A stretch of DNA of 64,000 bases from Candidatus Lustribacter sp. (GCA_965277805.1 OZ255842.1:1376001-1440000), one strand, 5' to 3'; shown: positions 9,064 through 19,122, numbered from the stretch's first letter. A program made the numbers and translations. The notes: generated by a model not told the origin, from the sequence alone.

Positions 9064-10230
9064 ATGTCTACGACGATTTCTGCCTCACGCCGGACCAAGC
9101 CGCCCTTCCGCGCCGACCACGTCGGCAGCTTGCTGCGGCCGGATGCTCTCAAGGTTGCGCGCGACCGCTACCTGGGTCCGCAAACTCCGCTCTCGAACCT
9201 CGGGCCGCACGATTCGGCCGAACTGCGCACGGTGGAAGATCAGTGCGTGCGCGATCTCATTGCGATGCAAGAAGGCGTCGGGCTCCGCGCGGTGACCGAC
9301 GGCGAGCTGCGCCGGCGCAGCTGGTGGCTCGAACTGATCCTCGGCTGGGAGGGCTTCGAAGCCGATCGCACCGGCAATACCAAAATTCCGTGGCGCAATA
9401 AAGACGGCCCGACGCAGGGCTTCTCGCAGTTGAAGGTGACCGGCAAGATCCGCTGGCGTCCGAGTTCCACCGTGCGCGCGTTCGAGTTTCTCAAAGCAAA
9501 CGCGAAGGCGGTGCCCAAAGTGACGCTGCCCGCGATCAACAACGTCCACTACTACATCGGCGATCCCGCGAACATCTCGAAGAGCGTGTATCCGGATATG
9601 GCCGAAGTGTGGGACGATCTGGTGGCGGCCTATCGTCAGGAAGTCGATGCGCTCGTTGCGGCCGGTGCAACGTACATCCAGTTCGACGACACCAGCCTAC
9701 CGTTTCTGTGCGATCCCGTGCATCGCGACTACGTTCGTTCGTGGGGTGACGATCCGGACGTGCTGCTGCAGACCTACGCGGCGAAGATCAATGCGGTCCT
9801 GACCGGACGTCCGGACGGAGTGACGTTCACGCTGCACCAATGCCGCGGCAACCGCGAGGGAAATTGGGCCGCCGAAGGCGCCTACGATCCGGTCGCGGAG
9901 GTGCTGTTCAACACGATCGATGTCGACGGCTACTTCCTCGAATACGATACATCGCGCGCCGGCGGCTTCGAGCCGCTGCGCTTTCTGCCCAAAGGAAAAG
10001 TTGCGGCGCTGGGGCTGGTTTCGAGCAAGACGCCGGTACTCGAGAACGCCGACGACGTCGCGCGGCGCATCGATGAGGCATCGCGCTTCGCACCGATCGA
10101 TCAGCTCGCGCTCTGCCCGCAGTGCGGCTTCGCCAGTTCCGTCGGCGGCAATCCGGTCAGCGCCGATCAGCAGCGCGCGAAGCTGCAGCATCTGGTCGAC
10201 ATCGCGACGCGCGTTTGGGGCGGGGTCTAA
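9064..10230 (+). CDS. Single-barrel MetE-like zinc protein (YxjG/H-like)
   Basis: PPFRADHVGSLLRP, TDGELRR, LHQCRGN, FLEYD, PQCGFAS. Confidence 0.92.
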   Translation: MSTTISASRRTKPPFRADHVGSLLRPDALKVARDRYLGPQTPLSNLGPHDSAELRTVEDQCVRDLIAMQEGVGLRAVTDGELRRRSWWLELILGWEGFEADRTGNTKIPWRNKDGPTQGFSQLKVTGKIRWRPSSTVRAFEFLKANAKAVPKVTLPAINNVHYYIGDPANISKSVYPDMAEVWDDLVAAYRQEVDALVAAGATYIQFDDTSLPFLCDPVHRDYVRSWGDDPDVLLQTYAAKINAVLTGRPDGVTFTLHQCRGNREGNWAAEGAYDPVAEVLFNTIDVDGYFLEYDTSRAGGFEPLRFLPKGKVAALGLVSSKTPVLENADDVARRIDEASRFAPIDQLALCPQCGFASSVGGNPVSADQQRAKLQHLVDIATRVWGGV

Positions 10231-10233
10231 AAC

Positions 10234-11178
10234 GTGCGGATGCTGCTGCGCGCGTTGCTCGCGCTCCTCATCGCGCTGCCGGCAGCCGCGCCGCCGGCGC
10301 AAGCGGATGATGCGAACACGATCCACGTGGTTACGGTGGCGATCGATCTCTACGCCGGCGCGTACTACGCGCAGGATCAAGGCTTCTTCAAAGCGGCCGG
10401 GTTGGATGTCGACGTCACGACGCTGGCCAACGGCGGGGCCGCCGCGGCAGCGCTCGCCGGCGGCAGCACCGACATTGCCGCGACGAACTTGGTCGGTGTT
10501 GCGACGGCGGTTGCCCACGGCGTTCCGCTCACGGTGATCGCCGGCGGCGGACTCTATTCCACCAACGCGCCGTCGACCGCCGTGTGCGTGACGAAAGCAT
10601 CGCCGCTGCGCACCGCGCGCGATCTCGAGGGCAAAACCGTCGGCGTTGCCGCGCTGAACGATCAGGCGACGCTGGCGCTCAAGAAGTGGCTCGCCGCCAA
10701 CGGCGCCGACTACAAAAAGGTGCGCATGATCGAACTCGGCTATCCCGAGATGATCGCCGGTCTCGGTGCCGGGCGGATCGATGCGGCGATGCTGGCGGAG
10801 CCGTGGCAGACCACGGCCCGCAACGGCGACGAGCGTCTCTTCGCCAAACCGTTCGATTCGATCGCGCCGGAATTCAACATCGGCGTGTATGCGGCATCGA
10901 AGACGTGGGCGCAAGCGCATCCCGACCTCGTGCGCCGTTTTACCGGCGCGATCTACGCGGCCGCGAAGTGGGCCAACTCACACCATGACGAGTCCGCGCA
11001 GATCTTGGCGAAGTATGCGAAAGCCGATCCGAAGATGATCGGCGGGATGATTCGCAGCGTGCAGTCGACCGATTTGGCCGTCGCGCACGTGCAGCCGCCG
11101 CTCGACGCGGCGTTTGAGTTCGGGCAAATGGACAAGCAAATGAGCGCCGCCGACCTGATTTGGAATCCGCGCAAGTAA
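10234..11178 (+). CDS. SsuA/TauA-like ABC solute-binding protein (subfamily A)
   Basis: Signal peptide AQA; YYAQDQGFFKAAGLDV, WANSHH. Confidence 0.9.
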   Translation: MRMLLRALLALLIALPAAAPPAQADDANTIHVVTVAIDLYAGAYYAQDQGFFKAAGLDVDVTTLANGGAAAAALAGGSTDIAATNLVGVATAVAHGVPLTVIAGGGLYSTNAPSTAVCVTKASPLRTARDLEGKTVGVAALNDQATLALKKWLAANGADYKKVRMIELGYPEMIAGLGAGRIDAAMLAEPWQTTARNGDERLFAKPFDSIAPEFNIGVYAASKTWAQAHPDLVRRFTGAIYAAAKWANSHHDESAQILAKYAKADPKMIGGMIRSVQSTDLAVAHVQPPLDAAFEFGQMDKQMSAADLIWNPRK

Positions 11179-11236
11179 GCCGATCCGGCGACTGCCCAAG
11201 GAACTAAGCGCACACAGAAGCTAGTAACCCGGCAAC

Positions 11237-14200
11237 GTGGCGCGTTGTATCGCCTTCCTTTTGCTGGCCCTGCTTATGGGTGTGGGCGTCCCGGCATTTG
11301 CAGCTTCCCCGTGGCAGAATCTCGCTGACCCCGTTTTTATTCGCACGGACTCGCGCGAATTGCCCGAAGCGGCGGTCATGGCCTTGGCCCAGGACGGCGC
11401 GGGTTTTCTGTGGGTCGGCACGCAGGGCGGTTTAGCGCGCTTCGACGGCTACCACTTCCGCGGTTTTCTGCCGAACGCGAGCGACCCGAAGGCGCTTCCC
11501 GACGGTTACGTGCGCATGCTGCTCCCAACGGCCGACGGCGGCTTGTGGATCGGCTCGTCCTCGAACGGGCTCGTCCGCTTCGATGCCGCTAGCGAGACGT
11601 TCCGCACGTGGCGGCCCAGCCGGACGGGCGGCAAGGGACCGCGCAGCGCTTCGGTCGACGCGCTCGCCGATGTGGGGGGGAGCCTCTGGGTGGGCGGGGA
11701 CCGCGGGCTCGATCGCTTCAATCCGCGCTCCGGCGTCTTCGCTCCGGTCGAATTGGCCGCGCGCGGCGCGCAGCCGGTCGTGTGGACCTTGTTCGCCGAC
11801 CGCTCGGGCACGCTCTGGGCCGGCACCCAAGCCGGTTTGTATTACCGCCGCGCCGGCGCTGCGAGCTTCCGCCCCTTTCCGCTTTCCGCCGCCTCACCGG
11901 CGCCGCCGGTGTACAGCCTCGTCGAAGATCACCTCGGCCGGTTGTGGGCGGGCTCGGTCAATGCGGCCTACGTCCTCGATCCGGCGCGGAGCCGCGCTCG
12001 CGCGCTGACGTCGGTGCCGGGCGACGCCGCAACGCTGGCGCACGGCCAGCAGTGGTCGGTCGCCGAGGTGACGCCGGGCGTCGTCTGGGTCGGCACCGAC
12101 GACGCGATCTCGATCGTCGATGCTGCCTATCACGTGCACCGCGTGGCGACCGATCCGAAGAATCCGGGCGGTTTGCCCAACGGCCGCGTGTTGCAGCTGA
12201 TGCGCGAACGATCGGGCCTCGTGCTGATCGCCGACCACATCGGCGGTTTGCTGATGTACAATCCCGCCCCCACCGGCCTCTACCAACTCTCGGGCAGCAA
12301 TCCCGCGATCGGGCTCGGCGATGAGGGCGCGCCGGCGCTCCAAGCGCAAGCCGGTCCGGGATTGTGGGTTGGGGGATTCGACGGACGACTTGCCGCTTTC
12401 ACGCCGCCGGCGCTGCACTCGACGGTGCTTCACGTGCCGAACAACGCGGCGGTGCAAGAGTTGCTCGCGGGCAGCGACGGCCGTCTCTGGATCGGAACGA
12501 CCGGCGGACTCTGCCGTTTGCGTCCGGGCGAAACGGATCCGGGCTGTCCCGACCGGCCGAGCCAACTCGCCGGCGCGAGCATCTACGCGCTGCTCGAGGA
12601 TCGCGGCAAGTTATGGATCGGCGGCAGCACGGGCTTGTGGGTCGAGGACCTTGCGACGAGCGAGCTGACGCCGGTGCCCGCGCCCAACGCGCCGGCGCTT
12701 TCCAACAACCAGGTGCGCGCGCTGTTTCTCGATCGCCGGCGCCGGTTGTGGATCGGCACGGAGAACGGGCTCGATCGCATCGATCCGAACGGAAAGCTCG
12801 TGCGCTTCGCGTTCACGCCGGGCGGGCCGAACTCGATCGGTCCCGGCGGCATGACCACGATCATCGAAGACCGGCGCGGGCGCATTTGGGCCGGCGCGGC
12901 CGGCGGTCCCCTCAACGTATTGGAAGATAACGGCAGCGGCGGCATGCGGGTGCGCCACATCGGCGTGGCGGACGGCATGCCGCACGAAAACGTCGACGCC
13001 CTCGCGGAAGACGTGCACGGGCGGGTCTGGGCGAGCACCGACCGCGGGCTGGCCGAGATCGATCCCGATACGTTGCGCGCGCGCGGCTATGGCTATGCCG
13101 ACGGCCTTTCGGCCGGCGCGTTTTGGGCCGGCACGGTGAGCCGGTCGGCCGACGGCACGGTGTTCTTCGGCGGTTTGGAAGGCATCACGATCGTGGCCCC
13201 GGATGCCGCATCGGTTTGGAATTATGCGCCGCCGCTGGTCGTGACCGCGCTGCAGTTGGGCCACCGCAGCGTGCCGGCGTGGCGCGTCAACCGCGGCGAC
13301 GGTTCAGTCGACGTTCCGGCCGAGGCGCGCGACATCAACGTCGAGTTCTCGTCGCTCGATTATTCGGCTCCGCAGACGCTGAAGTACCAATACCGGCTCG
13401 ACGGATACGATCGCGACTGGATCGAGACCGACGCGCAGCATCGCGTCGCGACGTACACGCATCTCTCGCCCGGTAATTACACGCTCGAAGTGCGCGGCAC
13501 GAATCGCTTGGGCAGTTGGAGCCACGACGTGTTCCGCCTCGGCGTGCGTGCGTTACCGGCGTGGTGGGAGACGTGGTGGTTCCGCGTGCTCGTGGCCGCG
13601 CTGCTGATCCTGGCGGCGTACGTGACGCATCTCGTGCGCACGGGCGTGCTGCGCCGTCGCCAGCGCGAGCTCGAAGCGATCGTCGACAAACGCACGCGCG
13701 AACTCTCCGAAGCCAACGTCAAGCTGCAAGAGCTCAGCCTCAGCGATCCGCTGACCGGGCTGCGCAATCGCCGCTTCCTCACGCAGCATCTCGAAGGCGA
13801 CATCGCGATGACGCTGCGCCGGTACGAGGATTGGAATTCGAATGCGGGGGGCGAGCCGCCGGAGTCCGCCGACGTGCTGTTCTTTCTAGTCGACCTCGAC
13901 CATTTCAAGGTCGTCAACGACCGCTACGGTCACCACGCCGGCGATCTGCTGCTGATGCAGATGCGCGAGCGTTTGCAGGAGGTGTTCCGCGAATCGGACT
14001 TCGTCGTGCGCTGGGGCGGCGATGAGTTCCTTACCGTGACGCGGGAAGGCCGGCGCACCGAAGCCGGCCCGATCGCGGAGCGCATTCGCGAAGCGGTGGC
14101 GAGCCGTCCGTTTTCGATCGGCAGCGAGCAGACGCTCGCGGCGAGCGTCTCGGTCGGCTTCGCAGCGTTTCCGTTTCTGCCGGCGGCGCCGGCGGCGGTC

Positions 14201-14407
14201 ACGTGGCTGCAGGTCGTAGGCTTGGCCGATCACGCGCTCTATATGGCCAAGCAGGCCGGCCGCAATACCTGGTTCGGTCTCGCGTCCAACGCGAAGACCC
14301 AGGCCGCGATTCGGGCCAATCCGCAAATCAGCGTCGATCAGCTGGTCGCGATGGAGGCGCTCGACGTGCTGACCCGGGTCCCGGAAAAGGAAACGCGTTC
14401 CCGGTAG
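11237..14407 (+). CDS. Membrane diguanylate cyclase with beta-propeller and Y_Y_Y sensor region
   Basis: Signal peptide; repeated LW(V/I)GT..GL blades; YQYRLDG...ATYTHLSPGNY; TM after PAWWETWWF; DPLTGLRNRR, DLDHFK, I-site RESD, RWGGDEF. Confidence 0.93.
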   Translation: MARCIAFLLLALLMGVGVPAFAASPWQNLADPVFIRTDSRELPEAAVMALAQDGAGFLWVGTQGGLARFDGYHFRGFLPNASDPKALPDGYVRMLLPTADGGLWIGSSSNGLVRFDAASETFRTWRPSRTGGKGPRSASVDALADVGGSLWVGGDRGLDRFNPRSGVFAPVELAARGAQPVVWTLFADRSGTLWAGTQAGLYYRRAGAASFRPFPLSAASPAPPVYSLVEDHLGRLWAGSVNAAYVLDPARSRARALTSVPGDAATLAHGQQWSVAEVTPGVVWVGTDDAISIVDAAYHVHRVATDPKNPGGLPNGRVLQLMRERSGLVLIADHIGGLLMYNPAPTGLYQLSGSNPAIGLGDEGAPALQAQAGPGLWVGGFDGRLAAFTPPALHSTVLHVPNNAAVQELLAGSDGRLWIGTTGGLCRLRPGETDPGCPDRPSQLAGASIYALLEDRGKLWIGGSTGLWVEDLATSELTPVPAPNAPALSNNQVRALFLDRRRRLWIGTENGLDRIDPNGKLVRFAFTPGGPNSIGPGGMTTIIEDRRGRIWAGAAGGPLNVLEDNGSGGMRVRHIGVADGMPHENVDALAEDVHGRVWASTDRGLAEIDPDTLRARGYGYADGLSAGAFWAGTVSRSADGTVFFGGLEGITIVAPDAASVWNYAPPLVVTALQLGHRSVPAWRVNRGDGSVDVPAEARDINVEFSSLDYSAPQTLKYQYRLDGYDRDWIETDAQHRVATYTHLSPGNYTLEVRGTNRLGSWSHDVFRLGVRALPAWWETWWFRVLVAALLILAAYVTHLVRTGVLRRRQRELEAIVDKRTRELSEANVKLQELSLSDPLTGLRNRRFLTQHLEGDIAMTLRRYEDWNSNAGGEPPESADVLFFLVDLDHFKVVNDRYGHHAGDLLLMQMRERLQEVFRESDFVVRWGGDEFLTVTREGRRTEAGPIAERIREAVASRPFSIGSEQTLAASVSVGFAAFPFLPAAPAAVTWLQVVGLADHALYMAKQAGRNTWFGLASNAKTQAAIRANPQISVDQLVAMEALDVLTRVPEKETRSR

Positions 14408-14424
14408 CGATTCTCAGCGGTAGT

Positions 14425-15564
14425 ATGGATTTCTCGACGATGGTCCTGACCATGTACATCGCGTCCGAGGACGGGCCGCAAACCGACGAGCGGGTGCTCG
14501 GCATCGCGATCGAACAATCGCTGATCGCGGCCGAACTGGGATACAACCCGTGGTTCACCGAGCATCACTTCCGGGGCCCCTGGCACAGCAACCCGATGCA
14601 GTTCGCGTCGTACATCGCGCCGCAGATTCCGAAGGATACGTATCTCGGCTTCGGCGTGCTCTCGGCGCCCTATTACAATCCGGTGCGTTTGGTCGAGAGC
14701 ATGAACTTGCTCGACCAGCTCACCAAGGGGCACACGCTCTACGGTCTGGGCAGCGGTTTCGCCGGAACGGAACCCTTAGGGCTCGGCGTCGAGAAAGAAT
14801 ACCACGGCTCCGGGCAAGCGGCGCGCGATACGGTCGACGTGATGGAACGGCTGTGGCAGTTCCAAACCGGCGATCCGGAATATCACTTCGACCTTCCGAC
14901 GCATGAGGGCACGATTCGCCGGCGCGTGGTGCCGGCTGCGTACCGGAAACGTCATCCCACGATGATTCGCACGGCGCGGCTCGATGCGGCGCTCGCCAAC
15001 GCAGCCCAAAAGGGCTGGCCGGTTTTTCTCGGCACGACGTTCGGCGGCGAGTCGCCGCTACTCGAACAGGTGCGCATTTACCGTAAGGCGTTGGCCGAGG
15101 CCGGCCATCCGCAAGAAATCGTCGAGGAATGCCTGCGCTGGTGCACGTGCGACTGGCTGAGCGTCGTCGTCGCGGACACCGATGAAGAAGCGGAAGCGAA
15201 TGCCGAAAAGGCGCGCGCCGAAGCGTTGACCGTCCGGCAGCGGTTCGTCGAACGTTTCGGACCGATGGAAGGCCCGGTTGCGCAGCGCAAGGCCGGCGAG
15301 TCGACGGCCGAAGCCTATGCCAAGGGCGGCGACATGATGCGCACGATCGCGGGCAATCCGGATACCGTCGCCAAGCGCGTGCAGCGCCTGGCCGATCTCG
15401 GTATCAATCACTTGCTCGTGCGATTCCTCGGCGAGTGGACCGGCGAGACGCGCGGCATCTCCGAGAATTCGATGCGCTTGTTCGCGCGCGAAGTGCTGCC
15501 GCGTTTCAAAGACATTCCGCCGCTGCGCGATCCGCTTGCGCTCGACTTGAGCGCGGTTTCCTAA
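14425..15564 (+). CDS. Luciferase-like (LLM) flavin-dependent monooxygenase
   Basis: Start ATG 14425; WFTEHHF, YNPVRLVE, LGSG, GNPDTVA, SMRLFAREVLP. Confidence 0.88.
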   Translation: MDFSTMVLTMYIASEDGPQTDERVLGIAIEQSLIAAELGYNPWFTEHHFRGPWHSNPMQFASYIAPQIPKDTYLGFGVLSAPYYNPVRLVESMNLLDQLTKGHTLYGLGSGFAGTEPLGLGVEKEYHGSGQAARDTVDVMERLWQFQTGDPEYHFDLPTHEGTIRRRVVPAAYRKRHPTMIRTARLDAALANAAQKGWPVFLGTTFGGESPLLEQVRIYRKALAEAGHPQEIVEECLRWCTCDWLSVVVADTDEEAEANAEKARAEALTVRQRFVERFGPMEGPVAQRKAGESTAEAYAKGGDMMRTIAGNPDTVAKRVQRLADLGINHLLVRFLGEWTGETRGISENSMRLFAREVLPRFKDIPPLRDPLALDLSAVS

Positions 15565-16583
15565 AAGTGTAGCGAGCGCTGAACCTCGTGCAGCAGCGTC
15601 AAATCGGCGACGTTGCGCACGTCGACCGGCGTCGCGACCAGCTTTTCGCCGACCCAAAACTGCTGCATGCGGCCGAGCGCATCGAGGCTCACTTCACCGT
15701 GCGCCGTCGGGTAGATCGGGCCGCTAAGCCCGCGTAAAACGTCGGGCGAGAGCTGCGACCATTTGGCGGCCTCCGCGAGCAGCTCCGGCGTCCACTTGCC
15801 GTTGCTCTTCAAGACGTCGTCGTTGGCGCGGAGATACGCGCGCAGGAAGCGCCGTAACAGGTCGGGATGCGCTTTGGCGAACGCGGCCGATGCGCCGATG
15901 TACTCCTGCTGATACCATGGCACGACCGAGGAGAAAGAAATCCAGCGGTGCCCGACGCCCTCGGCCTCGAGTTGACTGGCCGCGGGTTCGGTTGCGCCGA
16001 GTACGTCGACGGCATGATTGCGCAGCGCTTCGAGCCAGTTGGCGATCGAGCGGTAGTGCTCGCTCACTCGCGCGTCGGCCGGCGTCAAGCCGCCCGCGCT
16101 GAGCGTTTCTTTCAACAGAAAATCGATCGGCGAACCGATGTTGGCGCCGTCGACGATCTTGCCTTTGAGATCCGCCGGCTGCGCGATCGTCTTTGCATCC
16201 CACACATCTTGACGTACGACCAGCCACGACGCATCGTGCCAGCCTGCGTGGCTGCCGCCCATGCCGGCCAGCAGCACGACGTTGAAGCCCGCGTTGAATT
16301 GGTTGAAGAAACTCGGGCTCGGGTTCACGGTGCCCAAATCGAAATCGCCGCGCGCCAGCATCGGTAAGAACGCGGTCGACGAGCCGGGGTTCGGCGTGAT
16401 CTGCAGGTCGATGCCCTCGGCGCGAAAGTAGCCGGCGTCGAGCCCGTGCAGCACCGGCAAGTGCGCGTAGAACGTCGGATCCATGATCATCCGGATGCGG
16501 TCCGGCGCGGCAGCATGAGCCGGCGGTGCTGCCGGCGCGAAGGCGAGAAGAAGCAGGAGCAGCGCTGCGGCGATGCGCTTCAT
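15561..16583 (-). CDS. SsuA/TauA-like ABC solute-binding protein (subfamily B)
   Basis: Signal peptide AHA; HAGWHD..LVVRQDVWD, GKWTPEL; ATGA overlap with DyP gene. Confidence 0.9.
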   Translation of the reverse strand: MKRIAAALLLLLLAFAPAAPPAHAAAPDRIRMIMDPTFYAHLPVLHGLDAGYFRAEGIDLQITPNPGSSTAFLPMLARGDFDLGTVNPSPSFFNQFNAGFNVVLLAGMGGSHAGWHDASWLVVRQDVWDAKTIAQPADLKGKIVDGANIGSPIDFLLKETLSAGGLTPADARVSEHYRSIANWLEALRNHAVDVLGATEPAASQLEAEGVGHRWISFSSVVPWYQQEYIGASAAFAKAHPDLLRRFLRAYLRANDDVLKSNGKWTPELLAEAAKWSQLSPDVLRGLSGPIYPTAHGEVSLDALGRMQQFWVGEKLVATPVDVRNVADLTLLHEVQRSLHF

Positions 16584-17494
16584 GCGTCGTCTTCCACGGC
16601 GAAACGGCGCAGTGCTTGCAGTGACGGAACGAAGTAATAGGCGCCCGTGAGCGCGGTCGTGTAGCGCGTCAGCGCATCGCGCACGCCGCCCTCGGCACCG
16701 GCCATGCGCCGCAACATCTTATCCAAGCGCTGCTGATCGGCGCTGAACCCGACGAAGACGGTGCCGTGTTCGGTCACGTTGCCGTACGCGGTATTGCGCC
16801 GGAAAATCTTGCGCTCCTCACCGTCGATGTCGACGGTCGTGCGCGAAACGTGCGAATCCTCGGGCTGCACGTCTTCGGCCAACTCGATGCTGTCGGCTTT
16901 GGTGCGGCCGATCACGCGCTCTTGTTTTTCGACCGGCAGCGCTTCCCACGTTTTCGTTTGGTGCACCCACTGCTGAAAGAGCAGCACCGACCCGCCGGCG
17001 CCCGGAGCGCCGTCGGGAACCGTCGCGATGTCGGGCGCGATCATCAGCGCCGGATTCTCCGTACCGTCTTCGAAGCCGGTGAGATCGCGGCTGTGCCGGT
17101 ACGACCAGCCCTCGAGTTCGCGCACGACGGTTGCGCACGTTTCCAACTTCGCGATCGCTTCGCGCGCGAGGTCGAACACGACGTCGTAGGACGCACCGGC
17201 AATCCACAGCCACAGATCCGCCTGGGTCGCCGGCATCGAGTAGCCGTCGGCGCCGGCCAGCGGCGCATCGAAGCTGCCCAATTCCGCCGGCGTGTCGGCG
17301 GCTGCGACCGCGCGCCAGATTTCGGGCCGGAACCCGATGACGAAGTTGACGCCGCCGACCGTCGTGCGGGGCTCGTGGACCGAGACCACGGTGCGTACCA
17401 GCGTTTCGGGCGTGGTTCCCGCCGTTTGCGAGAATTCGAGATAGATGTGCGCGGCATCGCCGAGCGCAAAGATGCCGGTCTGTGGGGTGCTCAT
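16580..17494 (-). CDS. DyP-type heme peroxidase, no signal peptide
   Basis: Start ATG 17494 (MSTPQTGI); DLTGFEDGTENP, QERVIGRTK, SHV, IFRRN, GAYYFVPS. Confidence 0.93.
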   Translation of the reverse strand: MSTPQTGIFALGDAAHIYLEFSQTAGTTPETLVRTVVSVHEPRTTVGGVNFVIGFRPEIWRAVAAADTPAELGSFDAPLAGADGYSMPATQADLWLWIAGASYDVVFDLAREAIAKLETCATVVRELEGWSYRHSRDLTGFEDGTENPALMIAPDIATVPDGAPGAGGSVLLFQQWVHQTKTWEALPVEKQERVIGRTKADSIELAEDVQPEDSHVSRTTVDIDGEERKIFRRNTAYGNVTEHGTVFVGFSADQQRLDKMLRRMAGAEGGVRDALTRYTTALTGAYYFVPSLQALRRFAVEDDA

Positions 17495-17506
17495 CGTTAC
17501 CGCGAA

Positions 17507-17541
17507 ATGCGTTGCGGGGTGGCGGTTTCCTGTGCGTAGAA
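17507..17541. promoter_or_regulatory. Overlapping divergent putative promoters of the recurring class
   Basis: Minus: AGGAA-N16-GCAT-N12-ATG (17531..17507); plus: GGGTG-N16-AGAA-N10-GTG (17517..17541). Confidence 0.45.
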
Positions 17542-17551
17542 TGACCCGCGC

Positions 17552-18136
17552 GTGGCCGTAGCTGCTTCCGCGTCCGTTCCCGATCGTATGCCGCTCACGC
17601 GTGGGGTCACGTGGTGGGCGCTCGCTTTTCCGGCAGTGATGATCGTGGCGCTCGCGCGGCACGACATCCCTCTGCTGAACTGGGTGCACGTGCTCTCGGG
17701 CGTGCTGTGGACGGGCGCCGATATCTTCCTCGGCTTCATCGTCGGACCCGTGCTGCGCCGCATGGATCCGCCGCAGCGCACCGCGTTCATTACGTATTTC
17801 GTGCCGCGGTCGATCCTCTATTTTCCCTGCGTATCGCTCACGACGGGCACGGCCGGCTGGTATCTTGCCGCGTGGCTCGGCCTAACGTCGCCCGCGAATC
17901 CGCAATTTGCTTGGGTGGTGGCGGCGCTGATTTTGATCACGCTGATGACGATCCTGGGCCTGGGCATCATGACGCCGAACAGTTTGCGGATCTGGTTCGA
18001 ACTGCGCAAGCCTGCGCCCAACCGCGACATGATCATCCGGCTGAACCGCTACAACGTCATCAACGCCGCTGTCCAAGGATCGATGCAAATCATGATCATC
18101 ATCGTTATGTCGCACCTGACGCTCGGAGGTCCGTGA
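17552..18136 (+). CDS. Uncharacterised multi-pass membrane protein
   Basis: About five hydrophobic segments; WVHVLSGVLWTG; coupled to next gene by GTGA. Confidence 0.8.
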   Translation: MAVAASASVPDRMPLTRGVTWWALAFPAVMIVALARHDIPLLNWVHVLSGVLWTGADIFLGFIVGPVLRRMDPPQRTAFITYFVPRSILYFPCVSLTTGTAGWYLAAWLGLTSPANPQFAWVVAALILITLMTILGLGIMTPNSLRIWFELRKPAPNRDMIIRLNRYNVINAAVQGSMQIMIIIVMSHLTLGGP

Positions 18137-19122
18137 ACGTGTTGACGCGCGGACGGTTTGCCGCCGGGAGTGCGGCCGTGCTCGCCGCGATTGCGGGCGG
18201 CGCGCGGACCGCCGGCGCGCAGCCGGTGCCGTTGCGCTTGAACGTATTTGGCGGGCTCGATGCGTGGCCGGTCTACGTGATTCACGATCGCGGCTTGATG
18301 AGCGGCTACGACGTTGCGCTCACGACGACGACGGGTTCCGTGCCGCAGTTCGCGCACATGCTCGCCGGCGATGCCGATCTGGCCCTCACCGCGATGGACA
18401 ACGTGGTCGCCTACGATTCCGGGCAGGGCGATCCGTCGGTGACCGGCGATCTCGATTTCGTTGCCTTTCTCGGCATCGGACCCGGCTTCTTGCGGTTGCT
18501 CGTGCGGCCCGAGATCACGTCGTACGAGCAGCTGCGCGGCAAGACGTTTGCGGTCGACGCGCCGGCCACCGGCTTCTCGTTCGTGTTGCGGCGGTTGCTC
18601 GAGAAGAACGGCATCATGCCGGGCGAGTATTCGTTCGTCGCGCTCGGCAGCACGCAGAAGCGTTTTGACGGCATGGTCGCGGGTCAGGCGGCCGGCGGCG
18701 TCGTGGGCGCGCCCTTCGACGTGATCGGCGCGCAGAAGTACGGCTTCCACGTGTTGGGCAATGCGCTGGACACGCTGGGACACTACGAGGCCACGGTGAT
18801 GATGGCGCGCCGCTCGTGGGCGGCGGCGCACCGGCCGGTGATCGCGGCGTTCGTGCGCGCGTATCGCGATGCGGTCGCGTGGCTCTACGCTCCGGCGAAC
18901 CGCACCGAAGCGATGGCGATTTTGGGACGGAACACCGACCTGCCGCCCGAGATTATCGCGCAGGTTGCGCCGGTCGTGCTCGGTTCGCCGGTCAGCTACA
19001 CGCGCGACGGCAAATTCGACGTGGCCGGCGTGAGCACGGTGATGGAACTGCGCGCAGCGTACGCAACGCCGAAGAAAGCCCTCGGCAGTCCGCAAGCCTT
19101 TATCGACCAGAGCTTTCTCTAG
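18133..19122 (+). CDS. SsuA/TauA-like ABC solute-binding protein (subfamily D)
   Basis: GTG 18133; LTRGRF signal; TAMDNVVAY, LRGKTFAVDAPATGF. Confidence 0.88.
   Translation: MNVLTRGRFAAGSAAVLAAIAGGARTAGAQPVPLRLNVFGGLDAWPVYVIHDRGLMSGYDVALTTTTGSVPQFAHMLAGDADLALTAMDNVVAYDSGQGDPSVTGDLDFVAFLGIGPGFLRLLVRPEITSYEQLRGKTFAVDAPATGFSFVLRRLLEKNGIMPGEYSFVALGSTQKRFDGMVAGQAAGGVVGAPFDVIGAQKYGFHVLGNALDTLGHYEATVMMARRSWAAAHRPVIAAFVRAYRDAVAWLYAPANRTEAMAILGRNTDLPPEIIAQVAPVVLGSPVSYTRDGKFDVAGVSTVMELRAAYATPKKALGSPQAFIDQSFL

Noticed and set aside
2911-10230. Calling either MetE-like gene metE or the formyltransferase fmt
   Set aside because: Both MetE-like proteins lack the N-terminal barrel and the formyltransferase lacks the C-terminal domain, so symbols would overstate function
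16580-17494. DyP as encapsulin cargo
   Set aside because: No encapsulin gene nearby and the protein ends right after the DyP domain
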